A stretch of DNA of 64,000 bases from Antedon mediterranea (Eukaryota; Animalia; Echinodermata): positions 16,368,001 through 16,432,000 of the forward strand of contig NC_092674.1 in assembly GCF_964355755.1 (NCBI RefSeq), given 5' to 3'. The position numbers and the translations under genes are program-made. This document shows positions 25,042-38,215 of the stretch, piece after piece (position 1 is the stretch's first letter; each line of letters begins with the position of its first letter). The notes under the pieces were generated by a model. That model saw only the letters and a program-made list of their open reading frames with translations, was not told the origin of the DNA and did not search any database.

Positions 25042-26484
25042 TTAAGGTCATTTTGAAATTTTTGATTGTCCTCAATACTGTTGATTTCTCTATAAACAAG
25101 GGCATCGTCCACAAACAGACAGGATTTAGTTCCAGGTGAAACACAATTTGGCATATCATTAATGTACAGTAGACTAGAAAACAAAGAGGTCCCACGACCG
25201 TGCTTTGTGGTCAAGAACACCGCATTGCTTGCGTTGAGTGAGGAAAGATTTTAACCAATGAGTATGTGACCTGTAATAACGTCGTGTTCTAGTTTTAAAA
25301 GGAAACCGGTATCAGAAACTCTGTCGAAAAATAAAGAAGCACTGCATCGATTTTCTTGTTTTTGTCCATAATTGACCATTTGATCCATAATATGACTTGA
25401 TAATGTCATGTTCCATTAGCTAACAAATCGAGGTGAGTGAGATAGGATAGTTGCTTGGAGAGCTTTTACTACCTTTCTTATGGATGGGAGTTATAAGACA
25501 TGAGCCAATCTGATGGTAATGTAGCAGTATTCGGACTTTGAATAAAAATTTATTTGCACACTCTTATAAAATCCTGGCTGTATCTGGTCTGGTCCAGAAG
25601 CTTTGTTTGACTGAAGGTCAAGGAGTAATATCTTGACTCGGGCCCAACGAACAAGGTTTTAAGACGATCGGGACCAGAGACGATTGGGACCAGATGATCG
25701 GGCCCAACAAATAAGACGATCGGGGCCCAAATTGGTCACTTTTTATTTTGGTCAAAATAAAATAAAAACTTTTGGAATTTGTTATGGCGCGCGTGACTAG
25801 CTAAGCATTTTTTTTATCATATTGGTCGTATTTTTCAAAATTTATTGTGTCGCGCTATTTTGTATTTGCCGCACTAAATACATTTTCGTGATAATTATAC
25901 ATTTCGTGTAGATTATTCATTTACCATCTGGATATTTTTAGTTGATGAATAATTTATTATGCTAATTATATATTTCATTACTTTATTACAGGTGAGGAGC
26001 AGAGGATATGCTTTTCAAAATTACTTTAATTCAAGATTGTTTATAATTATAATTATACTTATTAACGTTTAAATGTAATCATTTTAATATAATGAACGTC
26101 AAATGTCAGATAATTTTACGTGGTGGTAGGAGATAAGACGAGTAAACCTTCCTGCGCGCCTGTAGTTCTTCAGCATGTGATTTTGAGAACCGTGACACAA
26201 TCCAGGGATTCCCCTTAAAATAAAATGTAGCGTGTTACAGTAAAAAAACATACAGCTCGAAAAAAAAAAATATATATATATATAAATGGCAACACAAATA
26301 TTAAAAAAATTTATACTAAAAAAGTCAGTTAAAAAACAAAATTTATATACAAATGCATAGGCCTATATATGTACTGTATATATTTAAATAACATACTGTA
26401 GCTATCTTCAGCGTGTGATCATTTTAAGTCCTGTTTAAATTAAGGATTCTGCTTATTTTATAGTAAGGGCAGACGAAGTCTTAA

Positions 26485-29194
26485 AGTTGTATTGTCCCCC
26501 AAAACATGAAAAATAAAGATGAAAAAAATCAAATTTTGAATAGACCATTTTGTAGTTATAATAAAGTTATTCACTTTCGCCGAAAAAAAATCCGGAAAAA
26601 ATATTGATTTCGCTTATAAAAAATCAAAATAAGTTTACCATTTCTTCGAACTCATAAGTTCAGAAATTCCAAAATAACGATGGTTAGCTAACAGCTCATA
26701 AATATGCATGATATGTTAATGAGTATCCAAACAGGGGAGATCCGATCTGTTCACCACGTAAACAAACATGTGCGAAGAACAGAAGAAAGTGCTGGGGTTT
26801 CCCTGATCGTATGATGTAAAAAGCTCTGCCGTTAATTTGCTGGTAAGTAGAATTCTATTTTAGATGAATGACACATCCTCCTATAATAGTTTTTGGCGTA
26901 TAGTTATAGGCTTAGCTATCTAGGCTAGGGCTATACTATAAGCCTACTTCTACTATCTAGTAGTAGGGTCTAGGCCTAGGCCTAGTTAGTACTGTAGTTT
27001 ACTACTGTGTAGTGTAGTGTAGCAGCAGCTGTAGGCACGCAGATAATCGGGTCAGAAAAGTAGACGGGAACCCACTTTGAGGCCTAGCTAGGTCCTATAT
27101 ATCGTACTCACCTGGCTAAGCCATCACTCCACAACTAGCTACAGGAAATAGGCCTACTATGTTGATGTACCACTGATATACATTTGGAGCTCGAATTAAT
27201 TTTAAAGTCTAAAAAAAGACTAACTGATGACAAAAAACGAACATTTGGAAAATGATCAGCATACAGTACCAAAGAAGTTGACGGTAGAATAGATTGTTGT
27301 TGATAGCAACCAAAACGAAAACACTAGTAATTAGACTAGGCCTTTTTTAGGGAGGAGATGCACTTTTCAGGGATTCCTTACTGTACATTAGTACCCCAAA
27401 TTGAAAACTTCAGATTCATGTACAGAAATAATAATTATATGTATGCAATAAATTGTGAAATATTTAACTTTTCTATTTGACTTTTGTATTTATACAACAT
27501 TGTTTTTCAATTTATAGACTTAAGCTAATGAAGACTGGAACAGAAGTTACACCCATACAGCATTTTAAAGGCAACTGGCAGTAGACTCGGTAGTGGAACA
27601 CAAGATAAATATTGGATGACTATCATAAAGCATTAGGCAAATGTGTTGGTTGTTTTCCAGCTTTTAAAATGTTGTATAGTTTTCATAATTCGAGCAATAA
27701 CATTTGTGTACAGCATTAAATAAATAAAAAATACTACTACAGTACATGAGATAAAATCACCATAATTTTAATGTGTGAAGATTTACAGTACAGTATAGTA
27801 AAAAATGAGTTAATTACTAGTATATTTCATTGAATTTCTGCATTGTTGACAATTTATTTTCAACTATTAATTGATGTGTTGATTGTGGCATTACAGCAAT
27901 AGCTTGTCTTCTGTGATTGTTCATCCATTTTAAAGTGTCATAGTAAGAAACATTCAAATAAATATTGTGAATGTTGCTACCACATTTTGTGTTGATTTCT
28001 TCACCATTTTCCACTACTTGCTCATATTGTTCATTCAAGTGTGTTAATACCTATTAAAAGAAAGACATTATTTATTAAAATATGTACATAAAAAGTTTAA
28101 TTGTGTGAATGTTGGTTTGAACGTTATTGCTTTAGAAGAATTTTCAACATAACGGTACTAAGTACTGTAAAGTACACATTCCAAAAAATATTTATTTGGT
28201 CATTTTCTCTAAAATAATTACATTATTGGATGTACAGTATAGGCCTAGTTACAATTTTCACAAATTTATATTAGCATTAAAATCTAATTAATCATGAAGG
28301 AAAAACCAAGCACCATAATCTCTCCTGGCCCTGGTGGTGACCTTATTTTCTATTTTTGGCAGCCATTCACAAGTTTTCGCTTTTTGAGTTTCGCTGCTCT
28401 TATGTATAATTTTTTTAAATCACAAACTCTACATAGAAAAGAAAATTAAATGTTTTAAAATGAATGAAAAGTGATATGAATAATGATAAATTAAAGACTA
28501 TTATTAATATTATAGTATTATACTAAAAATAAGACGAGTTGGTGGTGTCGAAATTCACACAAGTCACAATAAAACCATGGAGGTATAAAATATTTTATTT
28601 TTATACCTCCATGCTAAAACCTTATTCCTTACTCCATGCTCACAGATGAATGTTATAGGCCTATATAGGTTATAGTACTACTACTACTACTAGACTTAGC
28701 TACTACTCTAGGCCTAGCCAATAGATAGCCAGTACAGCTGTAATGGGCTAGCTAGGCTTCCTATACTAACTAACAAAGTTGCACCATAGAAACTACAGTT
28801 CTTACTTACCAATCTGCTAGGGCCTAGCCATAGTCTTTTCTTCAAGTAGGAGTTGTTTTTGTTGTTGTTAAACTACAGAACTTTCCCACATCGTCGTCTC
28901 GCCATATCACGTCGTATTTTTTTTCTGATGACCTAGAGGTCACATACACGCACAACAATCATACAATATGCATAATTCATAAGCTAATTCAGGTCAAGGG
29001 TTAAATTAAACCGGAAGCCAGCTGGCTGCCAGCCAACCGACTTCCGGTTGACTATTTTTTACTTTAAATTACGATTTTCTAAGGTAAATAATTTTTTTTT
29101 TGATCCAATTTTTTTTCAAAGTGAATAACTTTTATGTATCATTAAAATGGCCTTTAAAAAAAAAAAAAATTTTGTTCAGGGGGACAATACATCT
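26485..29194. mobile_element. 2.7-kb Kolobok-like element with TTAA TSD
   Basis: TTAA|AGTTGTATTGTCCCCC ... GGGGGACAATACATCT|TTAA; same TIR family as 4240-4793. Confidence 0.8.
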
Positions 29195-29209
29195 TTAAGA
29201 CGGTTAGTT

Positions 29210-30140
29210 CTATAAACAAGTATGTTAATTGGAGGTTTATCTACCGTGGTTGATCTAAGCTCTAGTAATAATGCGGTAGTCGGGCAAGATAGTTCTGTAC
29301 AACTCTGATTTCAAGAGCCTTTCTCCAAATTTTAAAATTAACGTCTCGTCTGGATGCGAGAGTGGTCAGATTTGTAAGCTTAAGAGCTGACTCATACGTA
29401 AGGAAAGCGGGACCCAGAATAACACGTAAAGCTCTCTTGCACTCTTTCGATGGTCGGTATTTGGGCCTTATTGATGCTTCCATGCAGGGCAGGCGTAGTT
29501 CTAAGATTGAGCGAATATAAAAAAAAAACTGATGTAATATCATGAACTGGTACATTGGCCCTTCTAAGAATATATAATGTATATAACCTTTTGGATGCTC
29601 TTTTGACCATGTCACTGACATTATTATCCCACTTCAAGTCATCCTGGATAATAAGTCCAAGGAGCTTCATACACGAAACAACATGTTGTATGCTAAGGTA
29701 ATAATTAGGAGGGGAAAAACGAAATATTTCTTTTCAAAAAAGTAACTACTGTATCTCATGATATGACACTTAGAGTGTTTAGGGATCATGTGATTTGTAT
29801 CACACCACTCAGTAAGGTCATCAAGACAAGATTGAAGTTTAGTGGGCATTACCATGTTTAACAGTGTCACCAAGAGTGAGATCATCATCAACGTACTTCC
29901 ACCATTTGCAGCCATCCATGGAAATATCATTGACTAATATGAGAAAAAAAATTGGTCCAAGCTTTGTACCCTGTGGAATCCCACAGGTGATGTTGGCATA
30001 AGGGGAGGATGAACTAAGTTTACTTAGTATTTATTTTACGATCCGTCAGAAAACTACAGATGGTGGGAATAATAGATGTTCTTACTCTGATGTCGACTAG
30101 CTTTTTAACAATGACCGTATGGTCAATTCGGTCGAAAGAC
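29210..30140 (-). mobile_element. Decayed LINE RT C-terminal half (GIPQGTKLGP type)
   Basis: FDRIDH, GIPQGTKLGP, LQSCLDDLTEWC, KLLGLIIQDDLKWDNNV..RASKRLY. Confidence 0.8.
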
Positions 30141-30183
30141 GGCACAAAAGAACCTATTTCAATGACACTAATTACAGACTGAA

Positions 30184-31740
30184 TCATGTCCACAAGACAA
30201 TGGCTAGTAGAATCACGTTATCTTTGTCATCAATAAAACAATTAGAGTCAAAACGAGTATAAAAAGTGTTCAAGTCATTTAAGTCCAAATTTGAGTCCAA
30301 CTTATTTACTTTCTTTCCAATTCCTGTTATAGATTTCAAGCCTTTCCATGTTGATTTAGCATTTTTCTGTTTAAAGCTTTCTTCTTTTTTCTTCCCATAC
30401 CTTTCTTTCACTTTCTTTATTTTTTCCCATATCAACGATTTAGTTTCAATAAGACGCTCCATCCAAGTCATTGTTTTTAAAGGTTTCCTGTTTACTAATT
30501 ATAAGTTCACGTAGTTCTTTTGTTATCCACGGCTTGTTGTTTGCATAAACTTTAAATTTCACATCCGGTATAATGCTGTTCTCACAGAACTTAATATATT
30601 CTGTTGCGTATTCTGTAGCATTATCTATTGAAGCCGCATTATCTAGAAAAATATCCCAACTAGTATTATGAAAGCAGTCCTTCAATTCTTCCTCATTTTC
30701 TTGGCTCCATTTCTTAATGGATTTAACCACAGGTTTTTCGTGCTTGACTTTCTGTATATATTTAGGTAAAAGATGCACCATATTGTGATCAGACAATCCA
30801 ATTCCCGGTTTCTTCTCAGCTTTGTACGCATCCTTAATCTTACTGTGTAACAGACGTCGATGGTTTTCACCTTCCTAGTTGGAATATTTACATGTTGATA
30901 TAAGTTAGGTAGGACATGATTCAACTTACACTTCTGTTAAAGTCACCAAGAATAATAGATACCGCTTCAGGAGATTTATTTTGAAGATGGTGATAAATCT
31001 CGGCAATCTTAGCACTTGCTATATTAACATCAGCTCCAGGGTGAACATATACCATGGTAATGAATATCTGACTAAATTCTCTTGGTAAATTGAAAGGACG
31101 AAGAGCTACACTTATAAGTTCTAGGTTTTCCAAGCAGAATTTCACTTTGACAGAGACATACTACACCATCGCTCATTCACGTATACACAGACTCCTCCAC
31201 CTTTCGATTTCCCTGTATTCATATCTCTATCAAGACGTTCACAGTGAAAACCGTCTATAGCCACATCCGATAGGGTATTCAATTCACTAAACCACGTTTC
31301 TGAGAAACCAAGCAAACAACTGTCTCTATACTCATGTACAGTAAGTGTTGAACAGATGATGTAAGTTCGTCAAGCTTATTGTTAAGAGATTGAGCATTCC
31401 CAAAAAGGATAGATGGCAAAGGTGGATTAAACTTATGTTTTCTTAGTCTTGAACGTACCCCACCTCTACTTCCACGCTTTTTAGTATTATTTTGCTGGAT
31501 TTCACGATCGATTCCTAAGAGCTTGGCTCTGTTCCGTGTCGCTTCATTCACTTGGCTTGGACGCGACCGGAACGCTAGTAACTCCACACGACCATTTGTT
31601 ACTACTGGAATAGATTGGCGGTACTCCAGGCTAGGTACAACCACATCAATTTCATCGAAAACGAAACAATATAACAGCAAAAAAACACAACCACGTATTT
31701 CTATAAATATCATAACGGTTGGATGACAACAATAAAAACA
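30184..31740 (-). mobile_element. Rex1/Babar-like LINE 5' half (AP endonuclease)
   Basis: RGSRGGVR..PPLPSILFGNAQSLNNKLDEL, LRPFNLPREFSQI, ILGDFN, SDHNMVHLLPKY, NNKPWIT. Confidence 0.85.
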
Positions 31741-31747
31741 TATAAAT

Positions 31748-32630
31748 ATGCTAGAATCCGTTCAGAGGAGAGCTACCTGCATGATCTTGAAGAAAGGTTA
31801 TTTAGATCAACATTATATAGATAGAAGAAAGGAGCTAGGTCTAATGTCAGTAGAGAATAGGCGTGATTTCTTAAACATGACATTCATTGCCAATATAATA
31901 ATTTCTCCACGATCTGATTTTATGAGTGAATATGTTGATTCTTTTTTAGTTAATAATCGACACCTAGATATACTCACCTTTCATCATGGTAGAGCTCGTA
32001 CTGATGCTTTTAAATACTCAGGGATAGTACGATTTCCTAAAATGTTTTCAGAACTTGGTGCTACGATCAGAAACAATCTTATTGAAGAGTCGTTTTTTAA
32101 GTTTAAACACAGTTTAAAGCAACATTTTATAGATTTTTAACTTTTCATATTTTTATTAACATGATTGTACCTACTTTGAATTTTTAACTTTTTAACTTTT
32201 ATACAATCAGAATTTTTAACTTTTTTACAATCAGAATTTTTAACTTTTATACAATCAGAATTTAACTTTTATACAATCAGAATTTTTAACTTTTATACAT
32301 TCATAATTTTTAACTTTTATTCAATCAGAATTTTTAACTTTTATACAATCAGAATTTTTAACTTTTACACAATCAGATTGTTCAGATAGCAATTGCATTT
32401 TTATAACACTTTTGTTAACATTTTATTATACCTTATTTTTCTATGTATTTTTCTAAATTTGTTAAATGTCGGTTTTATTGTATCGTTCAAGTTGACAGGG
32501 GCTGGTCAAGCACATCACAAGATGACAGTTTTATACTTTTGCTTTTCCGCTACTCCCCTGTTATACTTATATGTTTGTTTTTTTGCTATGTAGAAAGATT
32601 GAAAATAAAATAAAATAATAAATAATAAAT
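31748..32630 (+). mobile_element. 3' fragment of a CR1-type LINE with minisatellite-bearing 3' UTR and (AAAT)n tail
   Basis: LESVQRRAT...ELGLMSVENRR; ~22-bp TTTTAACTTTTATACAATCAGAA repeats at 32180-32378; AAAAT/AAT tail. Confidence 0.8.
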
Positions 32631-32746
32631 ACTAAAAAAAACTTCACTTCTGCTTGTAAAACAGTAAAAATTTCAAAAACTCAACGACAGAAAAAGCACC
32701 AAGGTAGTTGCTTGCAATGTAGCGCCCTCAATTCAAATATAGAACG

Positions 32747-33290
32747 TTAATAGAAATACGTGGGAAATACAATTATTTTTTTAAAGAAATGCTTTTTATA
32801 ATTAATTTTAAAACTATTTACAGACAAACTTTGTTGAATTTTTACAGGGATCTTATTCCAAGCTTTTGCTCCTGCAATCTTTAGTGATCTGTTCATTAAT
32901 AAGCAATTTGGCATAGGTGGTATAAAATTCAGAGATTGGGAATATTCTCGTAGAGTATCCATGTGGGTCGTAAACCATTTCAATATCGTTGCACAGACAG
33001 GGGGTGCAATACCATGTATACATTTGTACATATATAAGCTAGAGCGTAGTCTCTACGTTCATCTTGCAATTTCCATTTATTTTGTTTAATAAAATCAATC
33101 CAACAATAGTTTTTAAACTCAAAATTATTTTTTACAATTCGAGCGGCACGTTTTTGTAATCTTAAAAGAATATTTTTATTTTTTTGAGACGTAGTTTTCC
33201 ACACAGAGATAGCCTAGTCCATACAGGGCTGAATTACGCTGGTATATAGTATATTTAAAAGAGATTCAGTAAGCGTTTCAGACAACTTAT
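32747..33290 (-). mobile_element. CR1/L2-type LINE C-terminal fragment
   Basis: RLQKRAARIV, MYKCIHGIAP, GAKAWNKIP..SVNSFK. Confidence 0.75.
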
Positions 33291-33689
33291 TTAATTGCCG
33301 AATATGATCATTCCAATTCAGATTCTCATCAATTTGAAGTCCAAGATACCGGATATTTTTCACGACATCAAGGGTTTTACTACCAACATGAATATTCAGA
33401 GAAGACTGAGGGCGAACATTACGATTTCTAATTACCTTAAGTTTAGTTTTACCAGAATTTACTCGTTATTTTGTTATTTTGCAATCAAAATGAATTTAAT
33501 CTACTACAGAAGGTAGAAAACCGTTTTTCTACGCTTTTTACGAGCTGTGTGCACACGTGCGTGCGCAAAACACAGAACACAACATCTGATTGGCAAAATG
33601 TTCAATAGATTCTAGAAAATGTTCAATCATGACACTGTTGGAGTAAGACGTTCCTCTTGCAAGCTCCCTAGCCTACCAATATTTACTAA

Positions 33690-34290
33690 TTATAACCATG
33701 AAGAGAGTTACATGAGCCGGACGCTACCGCTGAACCAGCAGAGGATGAATTGGACTTTCGCCAATTTGTCAGGCTAACACTTTAATAATAAAGTACTACT
33801 GTATCTAGTATTAAAGAATTGGAAGAAAACTTCAGTAAAGCTATTAAAAACAACTCGATAAGAATACTAGACTTGGAAACAGCTAAAAAAGCCAACAAGA
33901 AAACCGTAGGCCTGTTAAACGCCAAAACTAAAGGTAAACATTAATAAAAACAAAAGATTTTCCAGACGCAACAATTTACGTATTGTTGGAATTAAATACA
34001 CTCAGTCAGAAAAGTGTGTTGAAATTGTACGTGATTTACTAAAGAAACATTTTAACTTTAATGAACCCCCACAAATTGAAAGGGCTCACCGTGACGGAAG
34101 GGACTATGATACCGACAAATTGCCCCATATTATAGTTAAAATGTACTACACAACAAAATTACATACATATACTGAAATCTAGACAAGCTGCACTCTGAGA
34201 TGAATCTTTTTACATAATTGATGATCTAACAAAAGCTAACTAATTGCAAAAGAAAAAATGGAAGGCTGAGGTGAGAAACCTCTACATACA
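33690..34290 (+). mobile_element. Decayed LINE ORF1 (RRM-type) remnant
   Basis: Manual translation ..NLRIVGI..EKCVEIVRDLLKKHF..PQIERAHRDG..PHIIVKM. Confidence 0.6.
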
Positions 34291-34899
34291 ACTAATTCTA
34301 ATATATTGTTTTGTGAGGGGTCTGATTGAGACAAGTGTACAGTATTACTTCTAAACCATATCCTAACCAAAAATAAGGGGGGAAAATATTATGTTAAAAT
34401 GTATTAGATAAAATATGTACTATTTTTTGTTTGAATTAATATATATAATAACCACAAAGAAACAAGATAGAATACAAGTGCTACAAAGCTAAACTAAAAA
34501 AAGAAACAGGACGATTACAAGGAGTAACTAGATAACTATAATACAGAAAAAAAAAATGATTTCCTGCAATAACAAGGAGTTCTCCGCCGAGTGCAGATAA
34601 CTAATTATCCGCCAAGTGTGGATAACTAATAATACAGAAAAAAAAAATTTTGATGATGATCTCGTACAATAAAAAAATCTACATATTATTTTATAATATA
34701 ATATGCCTACCCTAAAACACGTACTCTGGCATCCTTTGTATTGCATATAAAAAACGTCTCGTATGTAATAATTAGTATTACTAACTATAAATTATATTTT
34801 TTAACTATTAATTTTTCACGCTGCTGCTCTAGCCCGCTACGTCACACGAGATGACTCATTAATTATATGAAATCAAGCAGCAGTTATAGTACTACACTT

Positions 34900-35343
34900 T
34901 GACATTTTTGTTAAAATGGAAACTCCACTATAATTTATAGGTAGCAGCTGCATTTCTGGTATTTATGAGTCCCATGATAATACTGTATTTGGCTGTCAGA
35001 TAATCATTGAATTATTATCAAAAAAGTCCATGAAAGTTTTTGTTTGTAATATGATACTTCACACTTGAAGTATCTAAGGCATGATGAAGTGACCCCCAGA
35101 CTTGACCTTAGCAATAAAATAAACTAAATTGAGTCTGTTTCATATCAAAGTTATTCACTTCTGTAACAAAATTCACATTATAGAAAGAGAAAAGAAACGT
35201 TTAATTATAACTCAAAAACCACATTGTCTGACAAACAATTGAAGTATTTTTTGCTTTTAATTTCATTTTTTTCAGGTAAAATAACTATTATGTGACAATA
35301 AAATGACACATTCAAAAACAATTTTCAGAGGGACAATATATCT
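34900..35343. mobile_element. Truncated Kolobok-like end
   Basis: GGGACAATATATCT|TTAA; left end not found. Confidence 0.55.
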
Positions 35344-36407
35344 TTAAAACTGTTACGTCAATAAGCGAGCAGCGTTTTTTTGTAAGAAATATTTCTTGTT
35401 TACAATGATTTTCAAAGAGTACACATTCACAAACTTCTTGCAACCTGTAAAATAAAAACTGTTCAATAAATTATTTTTAAATTGGAAAATGTCGAAAATG
35501 TATCTAGGCAGCACATATAAACGCCCGACAGAAATAAAACGCGAACACAACCACAAAACCGTATCAGCAATGCTCCGTACCGAATACTGGATGTTGATTT
35601 CTATAATCAAAATAAAATGCGTTTGATTTTACCATATTAAATACAAGGCTATCAGGCCCAGCGAATGAGACGATCGGGACCAACATCATGGTTCCTAACG
35701 ATCGGGCCAAACGCTGAAGACCACATTTTCTAGACCTGATCGTCCGTGGTCCCGATCGTCTGACAACCGTACTAGGAGCTAGGCCTAGCCATTCTCTATC
35801 TAGGGCTAGTAGGCTATCTATGGTAAACAGGCGATTTTCTTAGTCATTGGTTCAGATAGTCTTAATCGTTGGGCCCGATAGCCAAGTGTATCATTTGTAA
35901 ATCTGTTCCATTATTATAGGCCTAGCTAGTTTATAATTTAGTTCTCGGCATACATACCAAGTGGATGAAATGAAATATTGTGTTGTTAATGTTACAGTAA
36001 CCAAATTATTGATTGTACGTGGGACCCACCCTTGGCCAGCACGTCCTTCAATTTATTATTAGCACGCTCCTATTTAAAAAATCCTGGATCTGGCCCCGTT
36101 CCAAATTCTGGCAGTCGGTAATTATTTCGATCATTAAAAATAATTAGCACCATTACAGTCTGTAGATATCACTTTTTATGTATAAATTGACCAATCAAAA
36201 ACCCGTAATATGAGACCTTTATTCAATTTTGTTGATGGCCTACCAGTATCCATTTTTAAAATTTTGTGAAATAATTTGTTGGGCTCGACTACAAAAACAC
36301 CATTTTTGTAAGCCAAGCATGTAAATAATGGTTTACAATTACAATTTAGAATTAATTAGTGGGTAATTTATTTTTATTTTCAAGTTTTTAATAAAAACGG
36401 AATTGAC

Positions 36408-36483
36408 ATGGCAATGAAGGGCCAAGAGGATCCGCATCAGTTGCTACACAGATTGGTAGTTAAAATACTTCAACGAAAAGAAG
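36408..36483 (+). CDS. TUBGCP3: Gamma-tubulin complex component 3, coding exon 1
   Basis: MAMKGQEDPHQLLHRLVVKILQRKE|gtatga; an upstream acceptor at 36384 implies a 5' non-coding exon. Confidence 0.85.
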
Positions 36484-37179
36484 GTATGACAGAACAATAA
36501 TGTACTATATTTACCCTAGATCATGAAGTAAAAATCTTTAACTAGCAAAATTAGATGACTATGAAATGCAGTATGGCTGTATCTCCTAATGGAAAATAAC
36601 TGACATGTTAATATTTATCAATAAAATAACAAATGTCTATTATTTTAATATATTTACAAACAAAACAAGAACAAAGATATGTTTAAAATTATTATATTAT
36701 TAAACAAGATTCTGGGTGTTTTTGGTGACTGCATATTTTTCAAACATTTATTTTTTTGATTTAAAATCATCATAAGATTGTGCCCGTCAATTGAACCTGG
36801 TAGTTATATTTAATTGCCACCAAGCGTAATTGTGACCCTAATTAATGTAGAATAGATTATTAATTCTGAAAGCTCATTTTATATGGTTTTTGCTGTACCT
36901 AACGTTAGAGTTTATACTTGAGTTTGAGAGTTTGTACATTTCAGTTGTTATACTATACAACCATCTTCCAGAAGATGGTTGTACTGTAGCTTAACAACCA
37001 AAACATCAAGACAAAATCGTTACATACTGAAAAAACAAGCATACTTTATATTCCTTGTTTGAAACACATGGTTTCCATGTAAACCTTAAACGATATTACA
37101 GTAGAAAAAAAATCAATGGAAAGATTTCTTCAATTATAACATTTGACAAACATTTGTATTTTGAACATTTATATTGCAG

Positions 37180-37225
37180 ATAAGGTTATAGCAGAATTTC
37201 AACATGTACTCAGAGTGATTAGTAG
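37180..37225 (+). CDS. TUBGCP3: TUBGCP3 coding exon 2
   Basis: cag|(D)KVIAEFQHVLRVIS(S)|gttag. Confidence 0.85.
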
Positions 37226-37747
37226 GTTAGAATTCATTTATTTATTTGTATCTGGCATTTCTGGCAGCTTGTTGGATTAGCTCATCTTCCACTACTGACC
37301 ATGTTCAGCTACTGAGTTTAGATCTAGACAAAAATTAGTGAAATCTAGTTACTATCTTTTCAATACAAAAACTCCAGCTATCACAACACAGTATCAAAAT
37401 TTCATATTTTTATATTATAATCTTTAATTGCATTGCATACATTTTTTATTTAAAAATAAAATCATTTTATGGTATCTTTACATCTTTATAGTAGTTTTTT
37501 ATAAGTGTATTTTATGAAATTGTTGAGCTGTATGTATTGTATTGTCGAGGGTCCCAATGATCAGTTTTCTGGATGGGCTACCCTCATGAAACATGGTTCA
37601 ATATTTAAAAAAATAATATAATATTATATAAAACCATGAAACCAGCTCTGAACATACCATAAGTAATATAAAAATATGTACTGTTGTTTCTAAAAATCAA
37701 ATTTAATTACTACATAAATTGCAATTTGTCGTTTTTTTTTTTTACAG

Positions 37748-37809
37748 TAATTTTTCATTAACAGTTGAGCCTGATGAATTTCAAGTCCTTGAAAAAATAA
37801 AAAAGAAGT
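37748..37809 (+). CDS. TUBGCP3: TUBGCP3 coding exon 3
   Basis: cag|NFSLTVEPDEFQVLEKIKKK|gtaagt. Confidence 0.9.
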
Positions 37810-38147
37810 GTAAGTTACAAAAACAATTTCCTTAAAATTTCTACTGTATTTTTTTAAACTAAAAGTAACTAGCATATCATTCAGATTTAATCCTCACTTG
37901 AATCAGATTATCATTCTCTTTCCCAGAGTTGTATATCCAAAAGTACTTTATTTTCAGTCTCCTTAAATTGTCATTATTTTGAAATTTTTGTTTTTTTCCA
38001 AAAATTAACACAACATATTTGTAATGGTGCCATCAAATTAAAACAGGCCCAACAATGTTCCAGTGGTCAATATTGATGTTACATTGAGTCTTCTTATCAA
38101 TGTGTTGATAATATTTCAATAATAACAGCTAATTTATTTTAATGTAG

Positions 38148-38215
38148 TGGCTTTGCAAGGACACGCCAATGATGCTGTAAGATTCATGCAGTTATATAGA
38201 CAACTACAAGAACAG
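38148..38215 (+). CDS. TUBGCP3: TUBGCP3 coding exon 4
   Basis: tag|(L)ALQGHANDAVRFMQLYRQLQEQ|gtaaa. Confidence 0.88.

Larger units (their letters stand above)
22690..25635 (-). mobile_element. Old CR1-type LINE RT remnant, interrupted by an RTE and a piggyBac-like MITE
   Basis: Fragments KASGPDQI, LYINDMP..CLFVDDALVYREI..QNDL, WQMAFN, and HELEWQSLEPRH|TITQLIMMFKI, which is continuous across the RTE insertion. Confidence 0.75.
25655..35769. mobile_element. DNA element with GACGATCGGGACC subterminal repeats, expanded to ~10 kb by nested insertions
   Basis: Left ..GGTTTTAAGACGATCGGGACCA (repeated); right TGGTCCCGATCGTCTGACAACCG|TA. Confidence 0.55.
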
